The notes below the pieces were generated by a model. That model searched no databases, was not told the DNA's origin, and saw only the letters and a program-made list of their open reading frames with translations. Position numbers and translations under genes: made by a program. A DNA stretch of 63,703 nucleotides, counting the filler, from Polymyxa betae A26-41 (taxonomy: Eukaryota; Protista; Endomyxa: Phytomyxea): the NCBI GenBank assembly GCA_003693705.1. It is 4 parts of 4 records of this genome, joined end to end, with 100 filler letters (N's around TTAATTAATTAA, not from the genome) between each part and the next. Parts side by side here need not be neighbours in the genome. Positions count along the whole stretch, not along the records: positions 1 to 30,336 come from RBZT01000501.1; positions 30,437 to 53,977 come from RBZT01000238.1; 2 more parts are not named here. One strand, given 5' to 3'. Numbering within the stretch: the stretch's first letter is position 1; the number at the start of each line of letters is the position of its first letter. This document shows positions 26,231-38,609 of the stretch, piece after piece.

Positions 26231-27142
26231 CACAAAAATATTCCATCTACAGCAAAATTTTGAAAACAAACTTGGTGTCCCACTACCAAGCTCTGCGCAA
26301 TTCCGGAGGTCAGCTTCAATATTGACATCTCTCTCGTGTTGCTGTCATGATGTTTGGTTTCACCTTGCCATGCTGCAATGGGCGTGAGGGTTCTTTGGAC
26401 AGATGACAGTGCAAATATACGGCCCGTTTCTAGGGTGCTTAATATCGGTGTCGCACTGTGCTCTCTGCCTAAAAAATCCTCATAGAAAGAGATAGGGTGT
26501 ACGGCACAATGTAATATCGGTCACCCGAAAGAATGGTCGACCCCCCGTCTCTTTCGTGCTCATTGTGTTCGAACGGCTATAGGTTGAAATCAAAGACATC
26601 ATTGGCGACATCATCTGATGAAAGTGGTTCCAATATTTGATCTAGAGCAGGATTGCATGTTATACTGTTACATGTAAAGGTATCCAGGTATCTACAGAAT
26701 CGAAAAATCTTGTTTTGTGGCTTTTTTCTTTTTACTTTCACTTTGTTACAGAAAGGGTCAATTTTCGAATATTTTAGTGAATTTTCGATGACAGCTAGGT
26801 CGCTCTTCTGCCGAGAACCAAATAGAGCCCAGATTTCGTCCGGTGAGCTTTTTGTGTGTCTGGAAAAGGAATGATCACTTTGGTTATGGTTTTCAAGAAC
26901 TGGCATCCTTGTAACGTGATGGTTGGCTATCGCATACAAGTCCAGATTAGAAAGATTTTGCTGATAGAAACCAATTAAAATGCAATCCAGAATAAAGCAC
27001 ACATAATCATAATTCCATTGAATTAAACAACATTGATTTGACATTGATACGTAGCAAACCATCATGCTGTAACATCCTGCGAATGTTCACTAATTCATGC
27101 CAAAGTATCACGCGTATTGCATGCTTCGAGCATTCTGCGTTT

Positions 27143-30100
27143 TGTTGGAATGAAAATTAAGGTTTTAGGGTTTGATCGGAAGGTGACCCAGGATCGATTC
27201 CGCAGTCCGACGAGTCAAGACTTCCCTTTCCGGTCCCGATCGGACCTTCCGTCGTGAATATATGGAAATAATGGACACACTGGATTTCTCTTACATTGTG
27301 ATACTTCTCGTTTATTGGAACTTTCACTAACAGCACCACTTCCAAGAGGTTATGGGCCCAGTCAACGCTAACATTTCTGCAAACCAAGCTGCTGACTCTC
27401 CCAACCCAGCAGCCCCAGCAATACCGAGGCAGAAACCAATCGACGGGACTCCGACTTTCCGTTCAACTCCAGGAGGCCCTTGCCACGTCATGCCTCTACG
27501 GCTCTTCTCAACTCCCGCCCCGCCAACCATCACGGCAACCCCTCAAGGAACCGCATCCTCGTTGTCCTCCGCGAACGGCACGTCCACGGATCGACCTTCG
27601 TGGCTTCCAATGCTGATGGCCTCATTAAATGGCATCAACCACTCCCTTAGACAGCTTGCGCAACTTAATGCGCAGCCCTCCCTGCCGGATCCCATCGAAC
27701 AACGAGCAGAAGAGGACACGCCCGCTCCGCCGGGTCCAGAAGCGGAGAGGGCCACGCCTGGTCCGACATCCCCACCTGTTCCGGTGGCAGAGCCGATTTG
27801 GACGCTATAACAGCTGCGACGGACAATGCCCCGACGGTGCGGGCAGCTACTCAAACCCCCACGTCCACTCTGGCACACACGCCAGCCACGACCCCCACGA
27901 CCATGTCTAAGACTGGCGCATCATGCAACTCAACGACGAGCTGGACAGTCTAAGGTTCCCCTTCAACCTTGCTCTGGTTGACAAATTTATCACTTCCGTG
28001 GATCGCATTCGATCCGAGCTGATAGATATTGGCGATCATGAACGGGTTGAAGATTGCCGACTTGGACTGCGAATTGCGCAGAAATTGCCCGCCGACTCGT
28101 CAAAGCAGGAGGTTCTCCGACGGAGAATGACTTGGACTGAGATCAAACACGATCTCAAACTTGAGCGCAGCCTCCTTCGACGTGCGCCAACCAATTAAAA
28201 TCCATCATCCAATTCTCATAGCAAACCCTCGGACAATCTCTCTTGCACTTACTGCAAGAAGAGAAACCACGTTCGCGAAGTTTGCAGAAAACGAAAAGCG
28301 GATGAATCAAAGCCGGATCGCAACGACCGCACCGACTCCAAGCCTTCCAAAAAAGGCAAAGTCGGCTCCATTATCGATCAGGAAATTCAAAATAAACTGA
28401 GCGAATTTGAAGCCTATCCAAATCTCACTCCAAATGTAGAATTCGAAACGCATTTTCCAGTTTCACTCCCTACAAAGACAGCAATCGCCGGGTACAAATG
28501 GCTGAATACTCAAAAATATCAGTAGAAGGAACGGGTACGATCTCCATAAAAACCGCGCCTTCGAAGAGCTCAGATTCAATCATACTGAATTTGAAAAAGC
28601 GTAAATTATATTCCGCAACTTTCCGGAAATTATTTTTCCGTAAGGGCGGCTGCAGACAGCGGCATAATCTGCATGTTTCTATATGAAAACGTGTTACTCT
28701 TCACAGCAGTCGAACATAAACTCATTGCTGTTGGCAAAAGTCGAGATGATCTGTATTACCTTTCTGGTACTTTAATCAATCTAAAATCACAACAAATAAA
28801 CAAAATTTGCATGACTGCGAATTCAGCTTCCGAAGCACTTTGGCATGCTCGCCTTGGTCACATTAGCAGAGATCGCTTGAAAGTCCTCTGGCTAAAGAAC
28901 ATGGCCAATGGCATGAAAGTAACTAATCGGAAAGATTTCCGCTGCATCCATGGAAAAGGGACCCGAACTCCTTTCCGAACGCATTCAAAGAATGCGAGAG
29001 CGACCGAGACACTGGGACGAGTATCCACGGACCTTTGCGGACCCATGCGCCAAACTCCCGCATTTGACGGTGAGCTGTACGCAATGATCATACTCGACCA
29101 GTACTCTCACTATGCTGAAGTATGTTTCCAAGGAGAAAAATCAGAAGCGCTCAATTTTTTCAAAATCTATCACAACAGAGTGACAAACTTGCATAGAAAA
29201 GGCATAATTGCACTCGGTGTTGATGGAGGGGGGTGAATTCAACTCCATCGAATTTTTAAAATTCCTTAATAAAAAGGGAATAGTTAGAGCGAACAATGCC
29301 GCACAGTTCTCAGGAGAATCCATCCTCCGAGAGAATTAACCGCACAGCCACGGACATGGCTCGCTGTATGCTGCACTATGCAGGAGCTCCAAAAATATTT
29401 TGGCGAGATGCCATGAAAATGGCCATCTATGTTCACAACAGAACCCAAACCAAAGCGCTAAACTCAAAGACTCCATACGAGACTTGGTTTAATTCAAAAC
29501 CCGATCTTTCCAACTTAAGAATTTTTGGATGCACAGCCTACGCTATAATCCCAGAATCACAGCGTCACAAATTCGATGATAGGGCAATAAAATGTGTATT
29601 CCTCGGCTACTTAGACACGAGTTCTGGATACCTTCTTTTTGACATCAAAAATAACTCTTTTATTGAAAGTAGAGATGTCCGCTTTAATGAAGAAAATTCC
29701 AATTCCGCGAATTCGATCAAACAGACCCCTTTTTCGATTTCGGATTCGAAAATGCGGCTGATGATGATTATGTCCAAACTGGAATTATCGACCAAATCTC
29801 AGGAAGCAGGCCCCAAGTTGAAGACAGAGAAAATGATCACCTCTCTAATAGTATTCACCATACATCTTCAAATACAGGCCTAGCCCCAATTTCTGGTGTC
29901 TTAATAAACAATGCAGAACTTCCCCTGACCTCTACCGGTGGTTCCGGAGATGATCACGGAGTCCGCAATTCCACCGGCAGCCACCCTGATGAAGGGACGC
30001 GGCGCTCAAAACCGCAAACGAAGGCAGCGCGACTTGGGACCCTACCTAAGCAGTCAAAACTTGGCCATCCACTCCGTTACAAAAATTTCCAGGTTCACGT

Positions 30101-30336
30101 CGGAGAAAATCCCAGTCCCTCGCTCAATCACTGAGGCCAGATCCGGCCCGTATGCCAATGAGTGGACGCAGGCGATATAATCGGAACTGGGCTCACACGC
30201 CGAAAACGGAACTTGGTCTCTGGTGGACGCACCGGAAAGAGTAACGTAATAGGCTCAATGTGGGTGTTCAAAGTCATATACGATCCAACTACAGGAGCAG
30301 TTGATCGATTCAAAGCGCGCTTAGTTGCGCGAGGAG
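27143..30336 (+). mobile_element. Ty1/copia LTR retrotransposon, 5' portion (LTR 27143-27347, PBS 27348-27361, gag-PR-IN-start of RT), cut by contig end
   Basis: tgttggaa...ttccaaga LTR ends; PBS ggttatgggcccag; CTYCKRENHVREVC; LWHARLGH; TDLCGP; VDGGGEF; SERINRT; LRIFGC; IGSMWVFK..DRFKARLVARG. Confidence 0.93.
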
Positions 30337-30436
30337 NNNNNNNNNNNNNNNNNNNNNNNNNNNNNNNNNNNNNNNNNNNNTTAATTAATTAANNNNNNNN
30401 NNNNNNNNNNNNNNNNNNNNNNNNNNNNNNNNNNNN
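30337..30436. other. Artificial contig spacer (N44-TTAATTAATTAA-N44)
   Basis: Six-frame-stop linker inside an N run; identical spacers at 53978-54077 and 58419-58518. Confidence 0.97.
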
Positions 30437-30539
30437 ACTCTTGACGGGCCTGAACGAGGTTTGAGGCCTGATATTGAATCGCAATAAAAATCAATCCAAT
30501 TCAACGCTTTATTAAAACGTGTCACGTTCTCGAGACGAA

Positions 30540-33500
30540 ACCGCTACAACTGGCAGCTAAGCACAATGTCAAATTGAACTTGAAGAAATGTGATTAGTTC
30601 ACTCGCAAGGTCAAGTTTTGCGGAAGGATATTTACTCCGAGCGGAGTTGCACATGACACCGATCGGATGACGCCCTGCTTGCGATCCCTCAATCCAAAAC
30701 AGCTAGAGATTTGCAGCAGTTTTTGATGGCAACACAATGGATGAGCAGGTCAATCCCTGAATACAACAAAATAGTTCATTGGTTGCAGGACATCTTTGAA
30801 CACAGTACGAAGGACCAGCCATCGAGGAACAAGAGCGTTGCGCGGCAAGTTAGACTATCCAAATACGGATGGAGCCCACAACATGCTCTCGCATTTGAGA
30901 AACTGAAGACAGCAATCGCTAACAATGTCAAATTGGCGTATCCAAGAGAAGATATGGTCCAGTGCATGTTCACTGATGCCAATGAATCCAGTACCGCTGG
31001 AGTGGTGACTCAAATCCCAATAGAAGATATAAATAAACCTGTGTCATTACAAAGTCATGAACCATTAGGATTCATAGGCCACAGGTTCAATAGATGCGAG
31101 ATGAACTGGAGTGTTGCTGAAAAAGAAGGGTTCGCTATCAAAGACACGATGGAGAAACTAGATTATTTATTACAGATGAAACGGCCAACCAAATTATTCA
31201 GTGATCACCAAAATCTAATACAGATTTTTTCACCAACGAATGTGTCAAAGCCAACAGCACAAAAGCTACAGAGATGGGCCCTTTACATGCAGCGATTTCA
31301 TTATCAAATCGAGCATATCATAGGAGAAGAAAATATTTGGGCCGATCTGATGACAAGATGGGGGACGAAACCTGTTGATGAAGAAGGCTCTACGCATCAA
31401 ATGGTCCGTAGAGTGCGAACGGTAACGGTCCCAGATGACCGGAAGATCAGACCATTACAGAACCCCGCCTTCGAATGGCCTACTATGGAAGAAATAAAGG
31501 AAAGTCAGAAGAAATGGCTATCAACTATGACTCGCCAAAAAATGAATGAAGGTTTAATAGTCACAGATTAGAAGAAAGTGATAATCCCTTCAAAAGCAGA
31601 AGACTTGCGATGCCGTTTGAGTATAATTGCGCATTCGGGAGGAAACAGTGGACACTTAGGGTATCAGGCCAGCACGCAGAAATTGACGCAGTTTTTCTAC
31701 TGGAAGAATTGTACTGAAGACGTGAAAGCAATTTGTTATTCATGTCTGCACTGCCTGCCTACGAGAGGAGGAATGCGGATTCCACGGCCTTTAGGAACCC
31801 AGGTTCACGGTCAACGACCGAACGAAGTTTTGCATTTGGACTGGATATACACATGGCCAATGAAGAAGAATGGTATTCATGAATACCAGGTGAATCTAAT
31901 CTTGCGAGATGACCTATCAGGAATGATAAAGATAACACCCGCAAAAATTCCCGATACCTCCGTGACAGTAGAGGCCTTGATGGAGTGGAGGGCCCTGTTC
32001 GGAGCACCAAAAGTACTGGTCTCTGATATGGCATCCTACTTTGTTTCGACGACTATGAAGGAGTTTGCCAGAAGGTGCAATATGAGCCAAAATATCACTA
32101 CGGCATATGGACATTACAATAACGGCACTATTGAGGTTATTAATAAAATTTATTTAGCCTTAGTACGAGCCCTTTGCCCGAGCTCAGATGGGAGAAGGGG
32201 TACTGGCCATGGTTGAACCGCAATGTCGAACACACCATAAACCATAGAGAGCAGAGCCGTCTGAATGGCAATGCGCCAGTGACAGTGATGACTGGATTGA
32301 AACCTGACAATCCTTTGGATGAAATTTTCAAAAATCCCAAAACTGCGCAGTTTTATAGAAACTGCGTCGACAAAATGAATATTCAGAAGAAAATCGAAGA
32401 CCTTCGGACTGCGCTAGACAGCATGCATAAGGCAGTCGCGGAGAAATCTGAAAAGCAGAGGACACTGAAGAAACAAAATCAGAGGAATTTTAGAAAAGAG
32501 CCAAACTTCGGAATAGGAGACTTCGTCCTGGTTGGTGTACCGGAGCCAACAAAGATGACTGGACGTAAACTATTTCTAAAGTGGCGAGGCCCATACCGGA
32601 TCACTGATACTGAAGATACTATGTGTTCGAAGTAGAGAATATCATCGATCACAGTAGGAGCCGGATCCATGGTGACCGGATTCAACTATATACTGATTCC
32701 AAACTTAATGTTACAGACGAAATAAAGAAGCAGTTCGCACATGACAATGAATCGTATCAAGTGAGCGATTTTATTGACTGCAGACTCAATCCTGAGACTG
32801 GACAGCTAGAGTTGCTGGTCGACTGGAAAGGATTCACGAAAGAAGAAAATTCATGGGAACCCCTGAAGAACCTGTTTGAAGACGTTCCTGAATTAGTGAA
32901 GAAATATTTAAAGAAACTGCGCAACGAAAAAGATGCGCTCGCAGAATGTGTAGAGAAAAATTTACTATTGTTTTCAAGCTTTTATCCCAATGGGTTTTAA
33001 TGCTGAAACTATAGCAAATGATCAGTAAGTACGATTTTTTAGATGACATAATGAAATGAATTTAGATAAAATTATTTATAAATAAATAATGATACTGATG
33101 GCTGATGACAGATGATTATTGATGAAACTCGATGATAGCGCTACGATGACTTACAATAAAGATGAAGTTATATGGCGAACTTGATGATCGGATCTGATAA
33201 TGATGACCTTTGGATGAAGATGAAAAGAGATGACAAGAAAAGACATAATGAACTATGATAAAGACCAGTCATGAAACCCTAAACTCTATGTACAAGAAGG
33301 ATACTAAAGACTATCGAGATTTTGAGGACGGGAGTGTAGCAAATTATTACTTTTTTATAAGAAAATACAAGAATAGTTTGCAAGTTTTCAAGCTACAGCT
33401 GCGCTAAGATTCGCCCACGGAGTCCTACGGACTCCGTGACGGCATTTGGGTCCTGGGATTTCCCATGATAAAAATACAGAATCATTATTGATTTTACCTT

Positions 33501-33542
33501 CATTCTCGTGAATCTGATCGTAGAATCGAGACGATTGCTACA
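30540..33542 (+). mobile_element. Ty3/gypsy retrotransposon 3' portion (RT end, RNase H, integrase, chromodomain, PPT, 3' LTR 33335-33542)
   Basis: VKFCGRIF; LQQFLMATQWMSRSIP; FTDAN; EKEGFAI; SDHQNL; H..GH..C..C; LHLDW; LVSDMAS; WRGPY; ELLVDWKGF..EENSWEP; PPT gaggacgggag followed by tgtagcaa...ttgctaca. Confidence 0.92.
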
Positions 33543-35746
33543 AGCCAAGCTAGAGAGTAATTTTGTTTTCACCTGAGAATAGATTTTTCCAATCAATGAA
33601 AGCTGTTGTTAGCAGAAAAAACATGACTAAATACCTGGATTGTAGATTTCGATTTACACATTTAGCCATATCACCCAATTGATTTTCGATGATCTCGGAT
33701 GAATTGAAGCATTGCCAGCTTTTCTTTAGGCTTATTAGCGAGCGTATCCATACCCAAAATTTCAAGGATTTCTTCAGTAATCGGCCCTGATTTATCGTCT
33801 CGCCAGTTATCTCGGTGCCAGTATGCATCCTTAACGTCGGAGAGTTCGCCATTGGGTCTCGAACGCTCTAATAACGTCGTTCAGCATATGAATTGGAAGA
33901 ATAAACGCAACGGAGTGTCACTTCGGTTTTCAATATTGAATTTCAGATCTTGGAGATTTGCAGCGAACCGTAAATCTTTGGTCAGAACCTCATTTGATCC
34001 ACTGGTGCGAACTGCTGGAGGATTCTTGTCGGGAAGGATTCAATGACACTAACACGGCGTTGGATCGACCTCTTGCCCATGTACTATTTTGGAGCCCTGT
34101 CTTTTGAAATCCGGTTTTGAAAGCAGAAAAACACGCTCCACTGGCTTGTCTTCTATCAAAACCATAGGTTCGACCCTGGAGCAGCAACAGCTACATACCA
34201 TTTCAAAAGCAGGATCGCAGCAAATAACTGCGAAATTTCTGCAAGTCATTGTTTTTCTATTGATCGTATATTGTTCCATAGATGCGTTTCGAAAAGGTCA
34301 AATTTCTCAAAAACAAAACAGCTCTGTTTGACTTTGTATTCTAAACACACATACAGTTGTACCTATTGTAAGCCATTCAAAACATTTAAAGCCTGTGAAC
34401 ATGTTAGGATTGTTTATACGACAGCGCGATAACATTGGAACACATATGTCTTCGGGGTCCGTTACGGACTCTTCTCGGGTCATCTCTTCTTGGTCTCAAT
34501 GCATGATAACAGCACGCCTCGTCATAATCAGAGTCTCCTATCTGATCTTGCCATGTCTGGTGATTGAAGATACGCTTTCCAGTACCGGACGCTCGTATGA
34601 TATTCCTGACCCGATAGCCTAAGAAACTGGAAGACCCCAGGATTCTGTACTCGTGTCTTGTCCAAGTTTTGCTATCTTGGTTACACACGAAATAGTCGAC
34701 TAAGTGAGGATATTGACATACATTCAGCAATGGATGCCCCTAAAGTCAGGTGTAAAATCCAAACGGCCCAAGTTTCGGGTGATTAATACCGGCGGATTTT
34801 GACTGCATCGAATGATTTTATGTATAGTGACAGCATCGGTGTACGGCTCTTGAGCACAAGGGCCGGTCTCCTGAAATAATGGACGACCTCAAATCAAGGT
34901 TACAGGCAATCATCTTTACTATGTCAGACGACAGTGTTAAACCAACAGGCACTGTATGCAGTGCAACTTTCTGACATAATGCGAAATCCAAGAAAAGGTA
35001 TTCCAAGGGATGTTGATATGGTGGGAATTTGATACGAAATCGCCTAAATATTCATTACTGAAAGTCAATGCCACAAGCAAATTTTTCCTTTATGTACACT
35101 GTAACGATAAATTGAAAATCACTTAAAAATATATTTTGTGTGGTAGACATGCCACTGTATATGCTAATTAGTGAGCTCTATTTTTCTTTATGACGTTGAA
35201 ATGATAAGCTTTATCACTGAGCAGATTTATGCCAATGTGTAGTGCAAAAATCTGCAAATTTGTGCAGTTCTTTGCGCTGGAGCACATTTCATTGCCTTTT
35301 TGTTAATGCTTTTTGAAAAGTATTTAATGCAACATCATGCTGGAAGGATCTGCTTTTCTTGCGTATCAAAGCAATTTTTTGCCTCTCAAACAATGCCGTT
35401 TACGCGGAAACCTTGCCAAAAACTGCGAGGTCCTGCCAATTGAGCGCGCAAAAAAACGCAGCTGACCGAACGGCAGGAAAATGCTTCCCCAAGGAGTTGC
35501 GGTCTGCCGATTCAGATCTCATATTTAATTCGCGCAAAAGGTTCTTGTATCTTCGATTCTGCTATCACTGCCACATGTTCTACGATGGCATTTCCTCTGC
35601 TGACCATCGCACGAGTTTTGTGGGCACATGATCGCAATCGCATTGTTGATTCTTACAAGGTAACCTTATGATATCATGAGGTCGAAGTGACGATCCCGTA
35701 AAAAATATGATATTTCACGACACATGACTGCGTCTATCACTTTATT

Positions 35747-37600
35747 TCATACAGTTTCGTTCTTATTTGTTTTTCTCGTCGCCATTACGGTCCTGTGGCT
35801 TTTCATTACGCCGCATTTTCTGATGGCGAGTACATCATTTTTGGTCTTTTGACCTTTGTTGCTAGTTCCATTGAATCCGATGTAAGCATTCAGCTTGCAC
35901 ACAGTCAGCTCTTCATAGCCCTGTTCCAGCATAATGCCGACTGCATCCCGATGGAATCCGTACTGAAGTTCTTCAGCTAGGACATGTTGGGTGTGGTTTT
36001 GAGCCTTCTTCCAAACTTTCTGTTTTGCTTCTGGTTTTGATATGCTGCGAGAGAGCTCTGTCAATGTTTCGTTAATGAGTCGGACATATTCTCAACTGCC
36101 GCAAAACTATCCCTCTCTGTCTATTTACCTTGTGATTTTGAGAATTCGGAAATTGTTTATCTATAGCATAAAGAAGATTCTCCGCATTCAGTAGATGATT
36201 ATCGGTAAAATTTATTACCATTGTGTGTTTAAAGAGGAGGCCAAAATTCGCCATCGGGAGGGAGGAAATAGGATCCTGTCCCCTCAATTATCCAAAACGT
36301 TTATTTTCTGGGCCTCCCTTAGATTCGTGAGTTTAATAATTCGACTCCAATTCTCTTTATATGTCTTGGCTTGGGTCGGCAACTGGTGAATCGATGTTGA
36401 GGTTGTCGAATCGTTTAAAATGGATTCAAGGTAGAGGCTTCGAGTTCGGGTGATCACCCCCAGACTTGCGCATTCCTGCTGTAGCGAAAACACACTGGTG
36501 TTGTTAGAAAGGTACAGTGCCGTTACAACTTAAGCCACTGGGATCCCAGTTGGCCGTTGGACTCCATAACCGCCACGCGGACAGCCGCACTTCTCTTGAC
36601 TACACCTTCAGGACAATTCACGCAATGCGGCATTTGGCAGTGGACTGTAAAAAGATTTAACAAACTGTGTGAGATTTGACCCTAAAACCTGACATTGAAA
36701 TGATTTAGTTTGAACCACTTGGTCTATGATGGAACCTTTGAATCTTCATCCTTTTATCCATAATCTCGATACTTGCTGATTTCGCTCCTTCATTGCCAGA
36801 TCCCAAATATTGACCATATTCATGACACTACACATGTAACTTTCGCTGATTTCGTATGAACTCAAGCATTGCAAGCTTCTCTGTCGGATTATTTGCAGGA
36901 ATATACATCCCAGGCTTTCATGGATCTCATCAGTTATTGGGCCTGTTTTGTCCAGACCTTGCTAGATCAATACCAATATGAGTCGCTGATATTTGATGGT
37001 TCGCCATTGGGCTTCTTTTGTTCTGAAGCAATTCAGCATATCAATGAAAAGCCTGCCGCAAATATTTCTTTCTACGGTTCTCAACATCGAATCTCAGGTT
37101 TTCAAGATCTGCAGTGAATGGTCAGTCTGTTATAAGATCCTTGTCATTAGATCCGGTCGTAAGCCGATGGATTGCTCGATTCGTTAAGCATTTCGATGAC
37201 AAAACGCCGTGCTAGCTAACGAGGTTGATTTCCTCCTCATGCATCACAATGGTATGTTTCTTCTAGGATTCTGGTTCTTAAAGCCGAACGCACGTTCCTC
37301 TGGGTTTCCATCAAACCAATGGTTCGACCCTGTATCGTCAACATCCGCCATGATGAGGAAGACAGGTCTTTGGAAAATTCCGCGAATTTTTCAGATTCGC
37401 CTATTCTATATCGGGTTGCTTTCTTCATGAGTACAGATCAATATTTCCAATCCGTTGACAGAAAGTCATCCTGGTTTTTAGTGGTGACAAACATAATTCA
37501 AAATCTGTGCTGAAACCCATTGAGTCATTTGGAGCGTTTCAAAAAGATCAATCGGGTTATATGATGAATGCGATAATATTGGCCAAAAATAAGAGTCCGC
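35747..37600 (-). pseudogene. Highly decayed Zator/Sola2-like DDE transposase with SAP-like C-terminus
   Basis: Manual translation gives FDGNPEE (cf. DGGPDE), SAYDRI** (cf. SAFNRVER, GAA/CGA mutated to stops), HCQMPHCVNC, and terminal LTVCKLNAYIGFNG..GQKTKNDVL. Weak overall. Confidence 0.35.
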
Positions 37601-38609
37601 CACTGGCTATGATACAACCTTCCTCCTTTTTGCGTCACCAAGATTCTACCCGTGCATGAGACTTGATAAGAGACACAGACAGCCTACGATGTGTCTCCCA
37701 TCTTCTAACTCCATCGTGTAGTTCCTCATCTCATCGTCGTCGCCGGGCGTGGTATCGACCACCTCGCCCTTCTATAGAGCCACCGGTAGGCTCACATCAA
37801 TTTTCGAACTTGTATACAAGCCGGACATTGAGCGGCTGAGTTGAGGCACCTTCGAACATATTTATCTTGTTTATTAAGTTTTCAAATGGATAGGGCCGCC
37901 CTCTATAGCTTCGGTAAACAACTGTGTTTGATAGCCTGTTGGATTATACGCAATCGTCGAGTCGTTCTGATCAACTGAATGCGCCAGTACAGTCTCTTGC
38001 GATTTATGTTTAAATTTCTGTGTACGGCCATGATTTGTTAAGTTAGTTTGATTGCCATGCGCAATCTGTATTTGTTCATTTCGTCCAGTTATATATAGAG
38101 AAATTTGTATTGATAAACTGTCGCTTTATTCTTGAAAATTAATTTCGTATCCATAACCAGCTCTTGATATGCTGTCGATTGCGCAATCGTGGTCTATCTC
38201 CGTGATTATAGTTTTACAGATAGCACCGTATCTGTCAACATAATTATAGGAGAGACGCACTTGTGATAGTGCGAAAGTCCGCGGTTCCAATTCAGACAGT
38301 TCCCAAGATGAGTGATCATTGGCTTTCTACTATTGTTCATGATGAATGCAGCCATGTCCAAAATGCAGTGATTTGTAATAATAAATCATCGTTTTATTGA
38401 GAATATCTGATGGCGTAATCGTACTGCACTTGTAAAATGCTGTCGAATAAGCTATCGTGGGTGATCTCAGCTGTTCTGAATACCGAGTTTCGACACAATC
38501 TATCGAGACGTTGAGAGGCCAGATTCAGAGAGAGACGGACTCTTCCAAGAGCGCAAGTCCGCTGCGCAAGCTCAGACACTTCGCTTGTCTGATGATTATT
38601 AACGTCCTC

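Noticed and set aside
30381-30392. TTAATTAATTAA palindrome recurring three times
   Set aside because: It is embedded in symmetric N runs and is an assembly linker. ORFs running into it, and gene neighbourhoods across it, are artefacts.
33000-33300. AT-rich gatga-rich tract as an acidic ORF or microsatellite
   Set aside because: It has many stops and lies between pol and the PPT, so it is the gypsy 3' UTR.
27336-33542. Copia-gypsy hybrid element (copia 5' half followed by gypsy 3' half)
   Set aside because: The halves are on different contigs separated by the artificial spacer, and their LTRs are unrelated.
33550-35040. Cys-rich minus-strand ORF fragments as KDZ CxC domains
   Set aside because: Cys spacing did not match any CxC pattern I could support.
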